Part shown: piece by piece, positions 11,053 through 20,768 of the stretch
How the letters are laid out: every line of letters starts with the position of its first letter
Position numbering within the stretch: position 1 is the stretch's first letter
Origin: an uncultured bacterium
GTDB taxonomy: Bacteria > Zixibacteria > MSB-5A5 > CAIYYT01
Length of the DNA: 64,000 bases
Direction: 5' to 3'
Assembly: GCA_963698225.1 (NCBI GenBank)
Contig: CAVOPW010000022.1
Span: 26,244-90,243, forward strand
The notes under the pieces: generated by a model
Told to the model about the DNA's origin: nothing
What the model saw: the letters and a program-made list of their open reading frames with translations, nothing else
Database searches by the model: none
Program-made: the position numbers and the translations under genes

Positions 11053-11068
11053 TGCAAACCGCGTGCCA
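11053..11068 (-). promoter_or_regulatory. sigma54 (-24/-12) promoter of the PEP-CTERM gene
   Basis: Minus strand TGGCAC-GCGGT-TTGCA, exact consensus. Confidence 0.85.
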
Positions 11069-11168
11069 ACACTGGAGGCCATTGCAGCCGCGTAAGTCAT
11101 TTCAATGCAATGTCTTGTGCTTGTAGATACTCTGTTTCATTTTAGAGTTTGGGGAACGCCTCCCAAAG

Positions 11169-11185
11169 TGTTCGAGATATCGACA
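11169..11185. promoter_or_regulatory. Putative enhancer-binding-protein site (TGT-N11-ACA)
   Basis: TGT-TCGAGATATCG-ACA about 100 bp upstream of the sigma54 site. Confidence 0.55.
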
Positions 11186-11270
11186 ATTCTGTCGTCGACT
11201 CTGGCGCAACTTGTCGTAAGCTATTGATATGTAATGGTATATGATGAATTGCAAAACGTCGGTGCGGTAA

Positions 11271-11303
11271 ACAAAAAGACCCTCGCGAGCGAGGGTCTTT
11301 TGT
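11271..11303 (-). terminator. Rho-independent terminator after the cohesin-like gene
   Basis: ACAAAAAGACCCTCGC-ga-GCGAGGGTCTTTTGT. Confidence 0.85.
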
Positions 11304-11328
11304 TTAGACGTAATGATATACGAAACAA

Positions 11329-11892
11329 TTACTTACAGGGAAGCGCCTTGCCGTCAGCGCCAGTTTTGAGAACCGAAAATGCCGGTTCGACGTTCTGGGC
11401 TTCAGGGGTTACGCCATAAAGCGTATTCGAGGGGGCGATGAAGGTCGTGTCGACCAGGACATTGCACCCGTTGATGGCGCTTTTGGCATCGGCGGTGAAA
11501 TAGAGAGTCGCCAGTTTCCCTTTGCCTTCGGCAAGCGGGGGTTTGGACCCGTCGAGCGTCGCAAAGAGACCCACCAGGACCTGCTGGAGGGAATCGAGCG
11601 GACGGACCGATTTTACGGCGAAGTAGTCGGTTCTGGGGGTCCAAGAAACCGAATCGTAACGCATGCGGAAACCATTGCCGCGAACGAGCAACGGGAAAGC
11701 CAGAGCCGTTAACTGCTGGTCGTTTTCCCAGTTCAGGTCGACGGCAAAGGTATTGCCCTTGACCTGACGGATCGCGACATCGGCTTTGTCGACACGGCCG
11801 AACGAATCCTTTGGTTTTCCCTGGGCGACCAGCGCCGCTGCTGCTACCAGAATCAATAGCGCGGTGAGTTTCCAGGCGATAGCTTTGTTCAT
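11329..11892 (-). CDS. Secreted stand-alone cohesin-like beta-sandwich protein
   Basis: Signal peptide; F.V.L...ND..L.A..FPL......DSVS....R.........PLAEGKGKLATLYFT..VDTTF pattern resembles cohesin-like domains. Confidence 0.5.
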   Translation of the reverse strand: MNKAIAWKLTALLILVAAAALVAQGKPKDSFGRVDKADVAIRQVKGNTFAVDLNWENDQQLTALAFPLLVRGNGFRMRYDSVSWTPRTDYFAVKSVRPLDSLQQVLVGLFATLDGSKPPLAEGKGKLATLYFTADAKSAINGCNVLVDTTFIAPSNTLYGVTPEAQNVEPAFSVLKTGADGKALPCK

Positions 11893-11918
11893 CAATATCC
11901 TCCCTGTAGTTTGGACAA

Positions 11919-13424
11919 TTAACTCATTTCGATTTTTTGGACTTCAGCCTCAACAGACGGTCTTACACCGGAAGTGGGGTATTGTTTCAGGAATTCCTGA
12001 AAGGTCTCCAGTGCTTTGGCGTCATTCTTAAGGTCATATCGATAAATATAGCCAATCTTGTAAAGAGCTTCCGCAGCCTGCGGAGTTTTCGGGTATTGTT
12101 TGATCACGGATTCAAATTGGCGGATGGCATCCTCGAAGCGATTGTTGCGCTGCAAGAAGGTGCCGAGATAACTGGCGGCCTGCAGGCCGATACGCCGATT
12201 GAGGTTGTTCTCGGCAAGTTTACGAATTTCCTGTTCCGAGCGGCGGAGCCATTCCTGTTCGAGGCCGGGTTGGCCAATCTTGCGGAAGTATTCAGGGAGA
12301 TAGGCGAGCACTTCCAAAGCCTGGACGCTGGTTGGAAACTCGTTCAGCAGGGCGACGTATTCCTGGCGGGCGCGCTCATTATTGTTCTCGCTCTCAAAGC
12401 TGCGTGCCTTGAGCATCTGAGCTTCGGCCTGGATATTGGCAAGTTGGGGAAAACGCTGGCGAAGAGCGTCCAGGTGATTACGGCCCTCCTGGAAGCGTTC
12501 GTTGCTAAAGGAAATCGTGGCGAGCTTGATGTATGCCGTGGCAATGGCAAGAGAATCCTGGCCGTCGATGAGAATCTGGTTGTAGATGCGAATTGCCTCG
12601 TCGCTGCGGTTGAGGCGAGTGAGATAGAGGTCGGCCATCATTGATCGGGCGGGGTCAAACTGCCTGCCGGTCGAATCGACAACGGTAGCGAGCAGATTTA
12701 CAGCCGTCTGATACTCTCCGGTGGCGCTGTACATTTCCGCCAGGAGGCGCGTTGCCATCATGGTCATCGGGACTTTGGGAAAACTATCGACGATGCCTTC
12801 ATAGTAGTCGATGGCCCAGCGCGCGCGCTTCAGCGCTTCTTCGCGTTCATTGGCGTCGGCAAAGTGCTGGGCGATCTTCTTGGGCAATTCCATGACATTT
12901 GAATTGGGAAGGACGCCGCGGATGACCGGCGGGTAATACTCTTTGAGCAACTGCAGGTAGAGTTGTTCGGCATCAGTCCAACGACCTTGCTGTTCAGCGA
13001 TGTTGCCGGCGGCAAATAGCGCATCGAAGCGATGCTGTTTCAGCATGACCGGCGAGTTGATGATGTATTCAAGGACACTTTTGGCGCTGTCGATTGACTC
13101 CGCGCTCAGCAGGAGTGCGGATGCCGACAGCAGCGCTTTGCCTGCGAGATTAGAAGCGTCGGCTTCGGGCACCGACATGGTTTGCAGCGAAGAGAGGTGC
13201 GAGAAATTTTCCTTGAAGCGGTTGAACACCTGCATATAGGAGTTAACAAGCAGATAGTAGTCATCGCGGGTCCGCAGTTCTGGTTTGACGGAATAGTTGT
13301 CGACAAGCTTTTCGGCTTCGAAGTAAGCCTTTTCGACCTGATAGCGTTTTTCTTCGATCTCGTAGCCTGAACAGCCGAGGGCCAGACAGAGGATCAGGCA
13401 AAGAGCAGTTCCGATTTTAGTCAT
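11919..13424 (-). CDS. TPR-repeat lipoprotein (BamD/CpoB-like repeats)
   Basis: Lipobox ALG-C; many TPRs ending YP/FP (QYPKTPQAAEALYKIG). Confidence 0.8.
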   Translation of the reverse strand: MTKIGTALCLILCLALGCSGYEIEEKRYQVEKAYFEAEKLVDNYSVKPELRTRDDYYLLVNSYMQVFNRFKENFSHLSSLQTMSVPEADASNLAGKALLSASALLLSAESIDSAKSVLEYIINSPVMLKQHRFDALFAAGNIAEQQGRWTDAEQLYLQLLKEYYPPVIRGVLPNSNVMELPKKIAQHFADANEREEALKRARWAIDYYEGIVDSFPKVPMTMMATRLLAEMYSATGEYQTAVNLLATVVDSTGRQFDPARSMMADLYLTRLNRSDEAIRIYNQILIDGQDSLAIATAYIKLATISFSNERFQEGRNHLDALRQRFPQLANIQAEAQMLKARSFESENNNERARQEYVALLNEFPTSVQALEVLAYLPEYFRKIGQPGLEQEWLRRSEQEIRKLAENNLNRRIGLQAASYLGTFLQRNNRFEDAIRQFESVIKQYPKTPQAAEALYKIGYIYRYDLKNDAKALETFQEFLKQYPTSGVRPSVEAEVQKIEMS

Positions 13425-13578
13425 TCATTCTCGCTTAAGACATTTACAGTATAATATCGTCTCTTTTGATGGATTCTTCATCGGTCAGTCGGGGTCGCGA
13501 ACGAGTGGGAGGTTTGTGCCGGCCGTCATCCGTGTCGACCTCAAAAGGAGTTTCAGTCCTCCGATGCTTATGCGAAGA

Positions 13579-13607
13579 ATGGTAATATCCGATAGAATCA
13601 ATGTCAA
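13579..13607 (-). promoter_or_regulatory. sigma70-like promoter for the TPR-cohesin operon
   Basis: TTGACA-N17-TACCAT on minus strand. Confidence 0.6.
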
Positions 13608-13657
13608 GGTCAAAGCAAATGCGTTGCAAGTCAGGCTGATTCGAGTATTTTCCAGTC

Positions 13658-16031
13658 ATGTCACAATTAGACCGCCACACGTTGGATTCGCTGGAGTTTC
13701 CGCGCGTCAAGGAACAACTTGCCAAGTTGTGTTACTGCGATGGGGGGCGCGAACTGGTCAATGAGCTGAACCCGGTGATCGATCCGCTGGTAATCGAGAG
13801 TTCGCTGCTGGAAACGCGCGAGATGAAGGAGATCATCGAGTTCGAGGAAGTCATACCGCTTGAGCATCTCGATCGGATTGAGCAATTAGTGGGGAAAGTG
13901 CGAATTGCCGGCTCAATCCTGGATGCCGAACAGTTAAAGAAGCTGGCGGATTTCCAGAAACTGATCTCGGCGCTGTTTCAATATCGAGCGCACAAGGAAG
14001 AGAAGTATCCGCGGGTGGCCGGCTACTTGTCGCAGTTGAAGCCGTTGACCGGATTGATTCAGCGCATTGACGGCGCGATCGACCGCGGCGGGGAAATCAA
14101 GGATTCGGCCTCGGACCGACTGCGGCGCATTCGCGGCGAGAAGGTTCATGCGCGCGCGCAGATTTTAGCGCGCCTGCAAAAGGCGCTGGGGGATCGGGCG
14201 CACCGTTCTGACCGCAGCGATGATATCGTCACGATGCGCGACGGGCGGTATGTCATTGCGATTGTCGACAGCGAATTTAATCCGAAGACGGCAGTGATTC
14301 ATGACCGGTCGCGGACCGGCGCCACTCTCTATGTTGAGCCGACTGAAGCGATCGAACTGAACAACAAGCTCAAGCAAGTCCTGCTCGATGAGGCACACGA
14401 AATCGAGCGCATACTGCTGGAGTTGAGTGAGCTGGCACACAGCCATGGCGAGGAAATCTCCGGCAACTGGTCGCTTTACGGCCGGCTGGATTTTCTTCAC
14501 GCCAAGGGACGGATGGCGCTGGATCTGCAGGCGGTGATGCCAATCTTGAAAGCGGATGCGGTGGTGGCGCTGCAGGCGGCCTATCATCCGCTCCTGCTCA
14601 TGAGCGCGCGCAAGCGTTCCGATGTCGTGCCGTTGAACATCGAACTGGGATATGAACACAATGTGATCATCATTACCGGTCCGAACACTGGCGGCAAGAC
14701 GGTAGCCCTGAAAACAGTCGGACTGCTGGTGTTGATGACGCAGTCGGGCATGTTGATTCCAGTTGACGAAAAATCGCAGGTGGGGATTTTCCGGAAGATC
14801 TTTGCCGACATTGGCGACGAGCAGTCGATTGAGCTGTCGCTGTCGACCTATTCGTCGCACATCGCGCGCATCACGCACGCCATAAGACAGTGTGATCAGG
14901 ACAGCCTGCTGCTTTTTGATGAATTAGGCGTAGGCACCGATCCCAAGGAAGGCGCGGCGCTGGGTGAATCAGTGATCGAATATGTTGCGACCTCGGGAGC
15001 GAAGTGTGTGGTGACGACTCACTACTCTGCGCTCAAGGCGATCGCCGAGACGAACAAGCGGGTGGAGAATGCCTCGATGGAATTCAACCGTCAGACATTT
15101 CAGCCGACATACAGATTTCGGACCGGCCTGCCGGGTTCGAGTTATGCACTTGAGGTGGCATCGCGTCTGGGGATGCCGGCAGGGATTCTCTCGCGGGCGC
15201 AGGAACTGGTGGGGACACAGGAGCGCTCGCTGGCGGATCTGATCTCGCGGCTGGAACAGGAATTGATGGCAACGGACGCGGAGCGCGAGCAGCTGCGCGT
15301 GCGGCTGAAAACGGCAGAAGAGTTGGAGGCAACTCGCCAACAGCAGCAGGCGAAACTCAACGAGCGGGAGAAACAACTCCTGCGCGAAGGGCTGGATGAT
15401 GCCAATAAACTCGTGGACGAGACACGCAAGAAGATTGACGAGCTGATGCTGGAATTGCGGGAGCCGCAGGTTACGCGGACGGATGTCAAGCGCGTGCGCA
15501 AGACGATAGATGAACTGCGGACTGAACTGGCACAGAAGACAGAGGAGCTGCAGCCACGGCGAGAGTATGACGGTGCACCGCCGGCCGAAGGCGAGGCGGT
15601 GTTTATTGAGCGTCTGCGCACCGACGGCGAATTGCTGGAGATATTCCCCGACGGCAAGAGGGGCAAGGTACGTGTCGGCAAGATTGTTTACACGATGGAA
15701 CTGCGGGACCTGCGCAAACTCAAAGCCGGCGAGGCGCGGCCGGAGATACCGCAGGGAGTGAATTACCAGCCTTACAAGGACAGCGTGCAGGTAGAGTTGT
15801 CATTGCTCGGACTGACGGTTGACGAAGCGCGCGATCGTCTCGACAAGTATTTTGATGAGATCGCGTCTGACGCACGTTCCTTATGTCCGAATCGTGCACG
15901 GCAAAGGCACCGGAGCGCTGCGGCGCTTTGTGCGCGAGTATCTCGCCAAGAACAAGATGGTGGAGTCGTTTCAGTTGGGGGAGTGGAACGAAGGCAGTTG
16001 GGGCGTGACGGTGGTTAAGCTTAAGTCCTGA
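13658..16031 (+). CDS. mutS2: Endonuclease MutS2 (frameshift near 15866 before Smr core)
   Basis: LEF..V, ITGPNTGGKT, DIGDEQSI..SLSTYSSH, DELGVGTDP, TTHY; Smr IVHGKGTGALR in alternate frame 15819-16031. Confidence 0.92.
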
Positions 16032-16039
16032 CCAATCAA

Positions 16040-17761
16040 TCACAGTTCCTGCCGGAGAAGCTTGATCTCATTCATGTAGAAATTAATCTGGTCCAGATCG
16101 TTTTCCGACTCCGCCTCTTTTAGCAGTCTCTTCAATTCCGTCAGTCGCTTGTTGCGATGCCGCCGGTGGAAGGCAATTACCAGATCAGTATAGGCCTGGT
16201 GCAGGTCGGTGCCGTGGAAATCTTTGGCTGCCAGTGCCGCGATCAGTTCTTTCTGGGCTGATGTAGTGACCTTGTCAATCAACTGGGCGGGTGTCGGAGG
16301 CTGGTCCTGCTCGTGGAGTAATAGAATCAAGATATAGATATCCGCGAGGGCCTGATCGTCGAAGTCGGTTGGTGCGACTTTTTCCGCCGCCGACTGCACC
16401 AATTCGCTGCGCTGGAGCAGCAATGCGACAAAATCGCGGTCGAGCGCGGAGCCGGTTGTCTCGCGTGGAATCATCGCTGGCCGCCGGTCTTCGATACGCA
16501 CGCCGCGCCGCACCAGGTCGATGCCGATATTGTACCAGTTGGAAATTTCCTGCAGGAAGAGCTCGCGGCGAATTTCGTCCTCGATCCGACCGGCGAGAGT
16601 CGCCAGGCGTTTGATGGCGCGGTCTTTGTCGTTGAGGCTCAACTTCTCAAAGCGGTCGGGGAGTGTTGAGATTGTGTATTCGACATACGATTTGGCTCTT
16701 GATAATTGCTCATCGATTGCGGCTTTGCCGCCTTTGCGGGCGATGGAATCAGGGTCTTCGCCGGAGGGTAATTTGACGACTTTGACGTCGAGACCGGCTT
16801 CAAAGAGATAATCAACCGAGCGAATTGCCGCCTGTTGACCGGCGGAGTCGGCGTCGAACATCAGAACCACGCTGGAGGCAGACCTTCCCAAGAGGCGGGC
16901 TTGTTCGGGTGTGAAGGCAGTTCCGGAACTGGCGACGACGTTGGTGATGCCCTGCTGATAGAGAGACAAGAAATCGAAATAACCTTCGACAACGATGGCC
17001 TCCTCGGCACGACGGATGTCGCCGCGTGAATGGGAGAGACCGTACAGAATCGAAGCTTTGTGGTATAACGGTGTCTCCGGCGAATTGATGTACTTGGCTT
17101 GTTCTTTCGGGTCGAAGGTTCGGGCGCCGAAAGCGATCGGTTTCTGCGCGGTATTGAAGATTGTGAAGGTCAGGCGGTCACGGAAGCGGTCATAGTAGCC
17201 GCCGTTTTCCTTCTTGATCACGAGCCCTGATTTTTCCAGATCAGACTCGGACAGCGATTTCTGCCTGGCGTGATTCAGGAACGCATCCCACGAGTCGGGG
17301 GCAAAGCCGATCTTGAATTTTTCGATGGTGGCATCAGTCAGTTTTCTTGATTTTAGATACTCGAGTGATTTGCGCGATTCGAGCAGATGTTCCTGAAAGA
17401 ACTTCATGGCGACTTCATGAGCCCAGTAGATCTGGTCGAACTCGCGGGTTTCGCGGACTTCGCCTTTTTCCGGGAGTTGGACGTTGGCGCGAGCAGCGAG
17501 GAGTTTCAGCGCGTCGGGGAAAGGGAGTTTTTCATACTCGATAATGAACGAGAAGACGTTTCCGCCTTTGTGACAGCCGAAGCAATGGAAGATCTGTTTG
17601 TCGGGTGAGACCGAGAAGGAAGCGGTTTTTTCCTGATGAAACGGGCAGCGCGCCCAATAATTCCTCCCTTTGCGCTTGAGCGGAAGATAAGCCGAGATGA
17701 CATCGACGATGTCGGAGGCTTCGCGTACGCGTTCAACTATGTCGTCTCCGTAGAATGGCAT
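16040..17761 (-). CDS. dnaG: DNA primase
   Basis: CPFHQEKTASF..CFGC zinc finger, DRFRDR, KYINSPET, VEGYFD, FDADSAG TOPRIM. Confidence 0.96.
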   Translation of the reverse strand: MPFYGDDIVERVREASDIVDVISAYLPLKRKGRNYWARCPFHQEKTASFSVSPDKQIFHCFGCHKGGNVFSFIIEYEKLPFPDALKLLAARANVQLPEKGEVRETREFDQIYWAHEVAMKFFQEHLLESRKSLEYLKSRKLTDATIEKFKIGFAPDSWDAFLNHARQKSLSESDLEKSGLVIKKENGGYYDRFRDRLTFTIFNTAQKPIAFGARTFDPKEQAKYINSPETPLYHKASILYGLSHSRGDIRRAEEAIVVEGYFDFLSLYQQGITNVVASSGTAFTPEQARLLGRSASSVVLMFDADSAGQQAAIRSVDYLFEAGLDVKVVKLPSGEDPDSIARKGGKAAIDEQLSRAKSYVEYTISTLPDRFEKLSLNDKDRAIKRLATLAGRIEDEIRRELFLQEISNWYNIGIDLVRRGVRIEDRRPAMIPRETTGSALDRDFVALLLQRSELVQSAAEKVAPTDFDDQALADIYILILLLHEQDQPPTPAQLIDKVTTSAQKELIAALAAKDFHGTDLHQAYTDLVIAFHRRHRNKRLTELKRLLKEAESENDLDQINFYMNEIKLLRQEL

Positions 17762-17922
17762 GGAACCAAGATACGCAACAAAGGAGTGCGGCGGCAAGGT
17801 CTAACATGGGGGCAGCAAACCTGCACAATTTTGTATCGTAACAGGCGTTCGAGTGAAACAAGCCTGTGCAATTTCGTATAATCAATAACGAGAATCCTGG
17901 GAATTTCTTTCAGCAAACGATC

Positions 17923-17938
17923 TGGTACGACTTTTGCT
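17923..17938 (+). promoter_or_regulatory. sigma54 promoter
   Basis: TGGTAC-GACTT-TTGCT; upstream direct repeat CAATTTYGTAT at 17826 and 17869. Confidence 0.65.
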
Positions 17939-17979
17939 GGAGTTAAGGCAGTAGAGACTATCTTAATGGGAGCAGTGGC

Positions 17980-20356
17980 TTGAGTCGAATTCTGTTTGTT
18001 GCGATTGCATTGTTTGCCGCTTTGATGATGTTTAGCGACAGTCTATCGGCGGCAGCGGTAGCGGGAAGAGTCTTTGACCGCGAAACCGGCCAGCCACTGC
18101 CTTATGCCACCGTACAGGTTTTGGGTACGGGCAAGGCGACATCCGCGAACGATGACGGCAATTTTCGCATCGTCTGCGAGCCAGGGCTGCAAGTACTCAA
18201 GGTCAGCCACATCGGCTACTATACGGCCTTGGATACGGTGGTCGTATCCGAAAGAGATGTCAATCGCGAGATCTCTCTGATGAGCACGGTAGTGCTTGGT
18301 CAGACGGTCATCGTCTATGATCGCCAGTTCGATCCGGCACAGTTGATCATCATCGAAGCCATCAAGCGTAAGAAGGCGATTCTCGATCGGCTTGGCGACT
18401 ACAAGTATAATTCCTACACGAAGATGGTAGTGCGTGATCTTAGCAAAGGTGATAGCGCCAAAGTCATGGCGATCACCGAGACACAGGCGCAATCATTCTG
18501 GGAACGTCCAGACAAGTACAAAGAGGTCATTACCGCAAGGCGCCAATCCGCCAACATGAGCGCGGCCGACAATCTGGTAACGATCGGAGAGATGTTGAAT
18601 TTCAACAAGAACCGCATCGACATCGGCAGTTATTCCGTGGTGTCGCCGGTCGCCGAGGATGCCCTCAATTTCTACAATTACTACCTGCTCGATTCGACAT
18701 ACATTGACAGCCGCAAGGTATACAAGCTCGAGGTTGAACCAAAGAATCAGGCTGATGCACTGGTTGCAGGGAATCTCCTGATTGCCGACTCGACCTTTGA
18801 CGTCGTCGATGTCGATTTCCGATTTAACGAAGGTGTGCGGATACCCTTTGTCAAGAATCTGCGCTACCGGCAGCATGTTACGCAATTTGCGAATCTCTAC
18901 TGGATGCCGATCGAAATTCGTTTCACAGCTGACATCGAGATCAAGTTTCCGGGAGTTCCGGACAAGATCGGCATCGACCTGGCGGCTTCGATTTATGACT
19001 ACTCGTTTGAGTCCGGTCATGACAAGAGCACTTTTGATGAGTATGCGTTTGAGGTTGCGGAGAGTGCCGACAAGTTCGACTCGGCCTCCTGGGCATTGCG
19101 CCAGAGCATTCCGCTCTCGTCGCAGGAGTTGCGCGGATATGCCCGCCTAGACTCGATCCAGCACGCGCCGAAGCCGCTGGGCAAGCAATTGTTGAAGGCT
19201 GGCGTCGGCGCGGTGGCATTGTTTACCGTGGGCGCTTATGATTGGTTTCGGTTTAACAGGGTTGAGGGGCCCTACCTTGGGTTTGGCGGTACTCTCGGTG
19301 CAAAGCGCCGGGGCTTGCAGCTGGAGGTGAAGTCGGGCTACGCCGTCGACGCGGAGCTTTATCAATACAAGTTTGGATTGCAGTATCAATTTCCGGGTCG
19401 ACAGAGGCTGACGGTCAAGGGGGAATACGAACGCGAAGTCGCGCAGCGGCAGATCGCTCAGTCAGGGGAATTATAACTCCACATTTGAGAGCTTGTTCTT
19501 TAAGTACGACCCGGTGTCGTATTTCTATCAACGTGGGGGAAGTGTTTCGCTGGAGTTGGTTCCGATCCAGCATTTCAAACTGACGAGCAAGGTGAGTGAC
19601 TACACGCAGCGTTCGCTCGACAACGCTACGGACTTCAGTTATTTCAACCGTGACGATGAGTATCTGGTTAATCCGTCGATTGAAGACGGCAAGTTGCGCC
19701 TGCTGACCGGGACTCTGGAATTTGATTCACGCAAGCTCTGGCGGAACAAAGGACGGGATCAGCGCGTCTGGTCACCTCAGTACACTACTGTTGAGTTCAC
19801 AGCCGAATTGAGTTCGCCAGATTTCTTGTCCAGCGACTTTGATTACCGGCGCTATTACGTTGCAGTGTATCGCCGCCAACGCACGCTTGGGCTTGGAAAT
19901 ACCTACATGAGCTTGTTTGCGGGATCGTCTACACGCGCATTGCCACCGCAGGCGCACTATCAAATGGTTGACTACGCCGGTGTCGTGGCGGGTGAGAATG
20001 CTGCATTCCTGACGCTTTCAGATGATCGTATTGCCGGAGATCGAGCCGCATTTGTTTATGTCAGCCACGAATTTGGCCAGTACTTGTTCAAGAAGAGCGG
20101 GTTGCCACTGATCAAGTCCATTCCATTCACGTTAGGTGTGCATGGCGGCGCGCTATGGGCGAGCTTTGAAAATGGTGAACCGCAGAAGGACGGGCGGGGG
20201 CGCCTGGAAGCGAAGAAGCCTTACAGTGAGATTGGATTCAGTCTGGGTAATCTAACTCCGTTTTTGTCGGTGCTGAACTTTGGCGTCTACTTTACCTGGC
20301 AGATCTCGGACTACGACACGAACAAGTTTGTCACGAGAGTCGGGTTTAAGTTCTGA
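17980..20356 (+). CDS. CarboxypepD_reg-like + DUF5686-like outer membrane protein (frameshift near 19465-19468)
   Basis: GRVFDRETGQPLPYATV..G.F.I..SHIGY; SPVA..A..FYNY; FNRVEG; C-terminal barrel ending Phe; two ORFs join by removing one G. Confidence 0.75.
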
Positions 20357-20360
20357 TCCG

Positions 20361-20759
20361 CTACTTGATTTCAAAGCGCTGAATTTTCCAACCGCCTTCG
20401 TTGACCAGATAGAGATATGAGAAGTTGGAATCGGCAGGGTCCGCGGTGGGGGTAAAGCTGACGGTGGCCGACTTTCCGTCGATGTTGAATTTTCGATTGT
20501 GCATGGCGAAGGCTGAGTCGCTGGCAGTGAGAAGCGAGATGAGTCGATTGGGACCGGCGCCTTCCGGGGTCGGTTGAATGAAGTACTTATTCAGGGTACC
20601 AAGGTCACCGCTGTTCACGGCAGTCGTGATTGCCCCCAGCGCGTCGCGGATCTGATTTCTGTCAAGATTCGGATCCTTTTCTTTAACACAGGCAGCGAAG
20701 GCAACGAAAAGTCCCAGTAGAACGAAAACACCCTTTAACTGCCATATTTTTGTCAGCAT
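20361..20759 (-). CDS. Small lipoprotein (NTF2-like)
   Basis: Lipobox FAA-C; LVNEGGWKI C-terminal strand; 9 nt downstream of the kinase. Confidence 0.6.
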   Translation of the reverse strand: MLTKIWQLKGVFVLLGLFVAFAACVKEKDPNLDRNQIRDALGAITTAVNSGDLGTLNKYFIQPTPEGAGPNRLISLLTASDSAFAMHNRKFNIDGKSATVSFTPTADPADSNFSYLYLVNEGGWKIQRFEIK

Positions 20760-20768
20760 CCATGCCTC

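Noticed and set aside
13545-13566. tRNA-like anticodon arm (GGAGGACTGAAACTCC, minus strand)
   Set aside because: No acceptor stem, D arm or T arm in correct register
13444-13725. 93 aa minus-strand ORF upstream of the TPR gene
   Set aside because: It overlaps the mutS2 start and spans the predicted promoter; no recognisable features
15819-16031. Programmed frameshift giving MutS2 with or without Smr
   Set aside because: No slippery heptamer or stimulatory structure; the same +1 pattern occurs in unrelated genes
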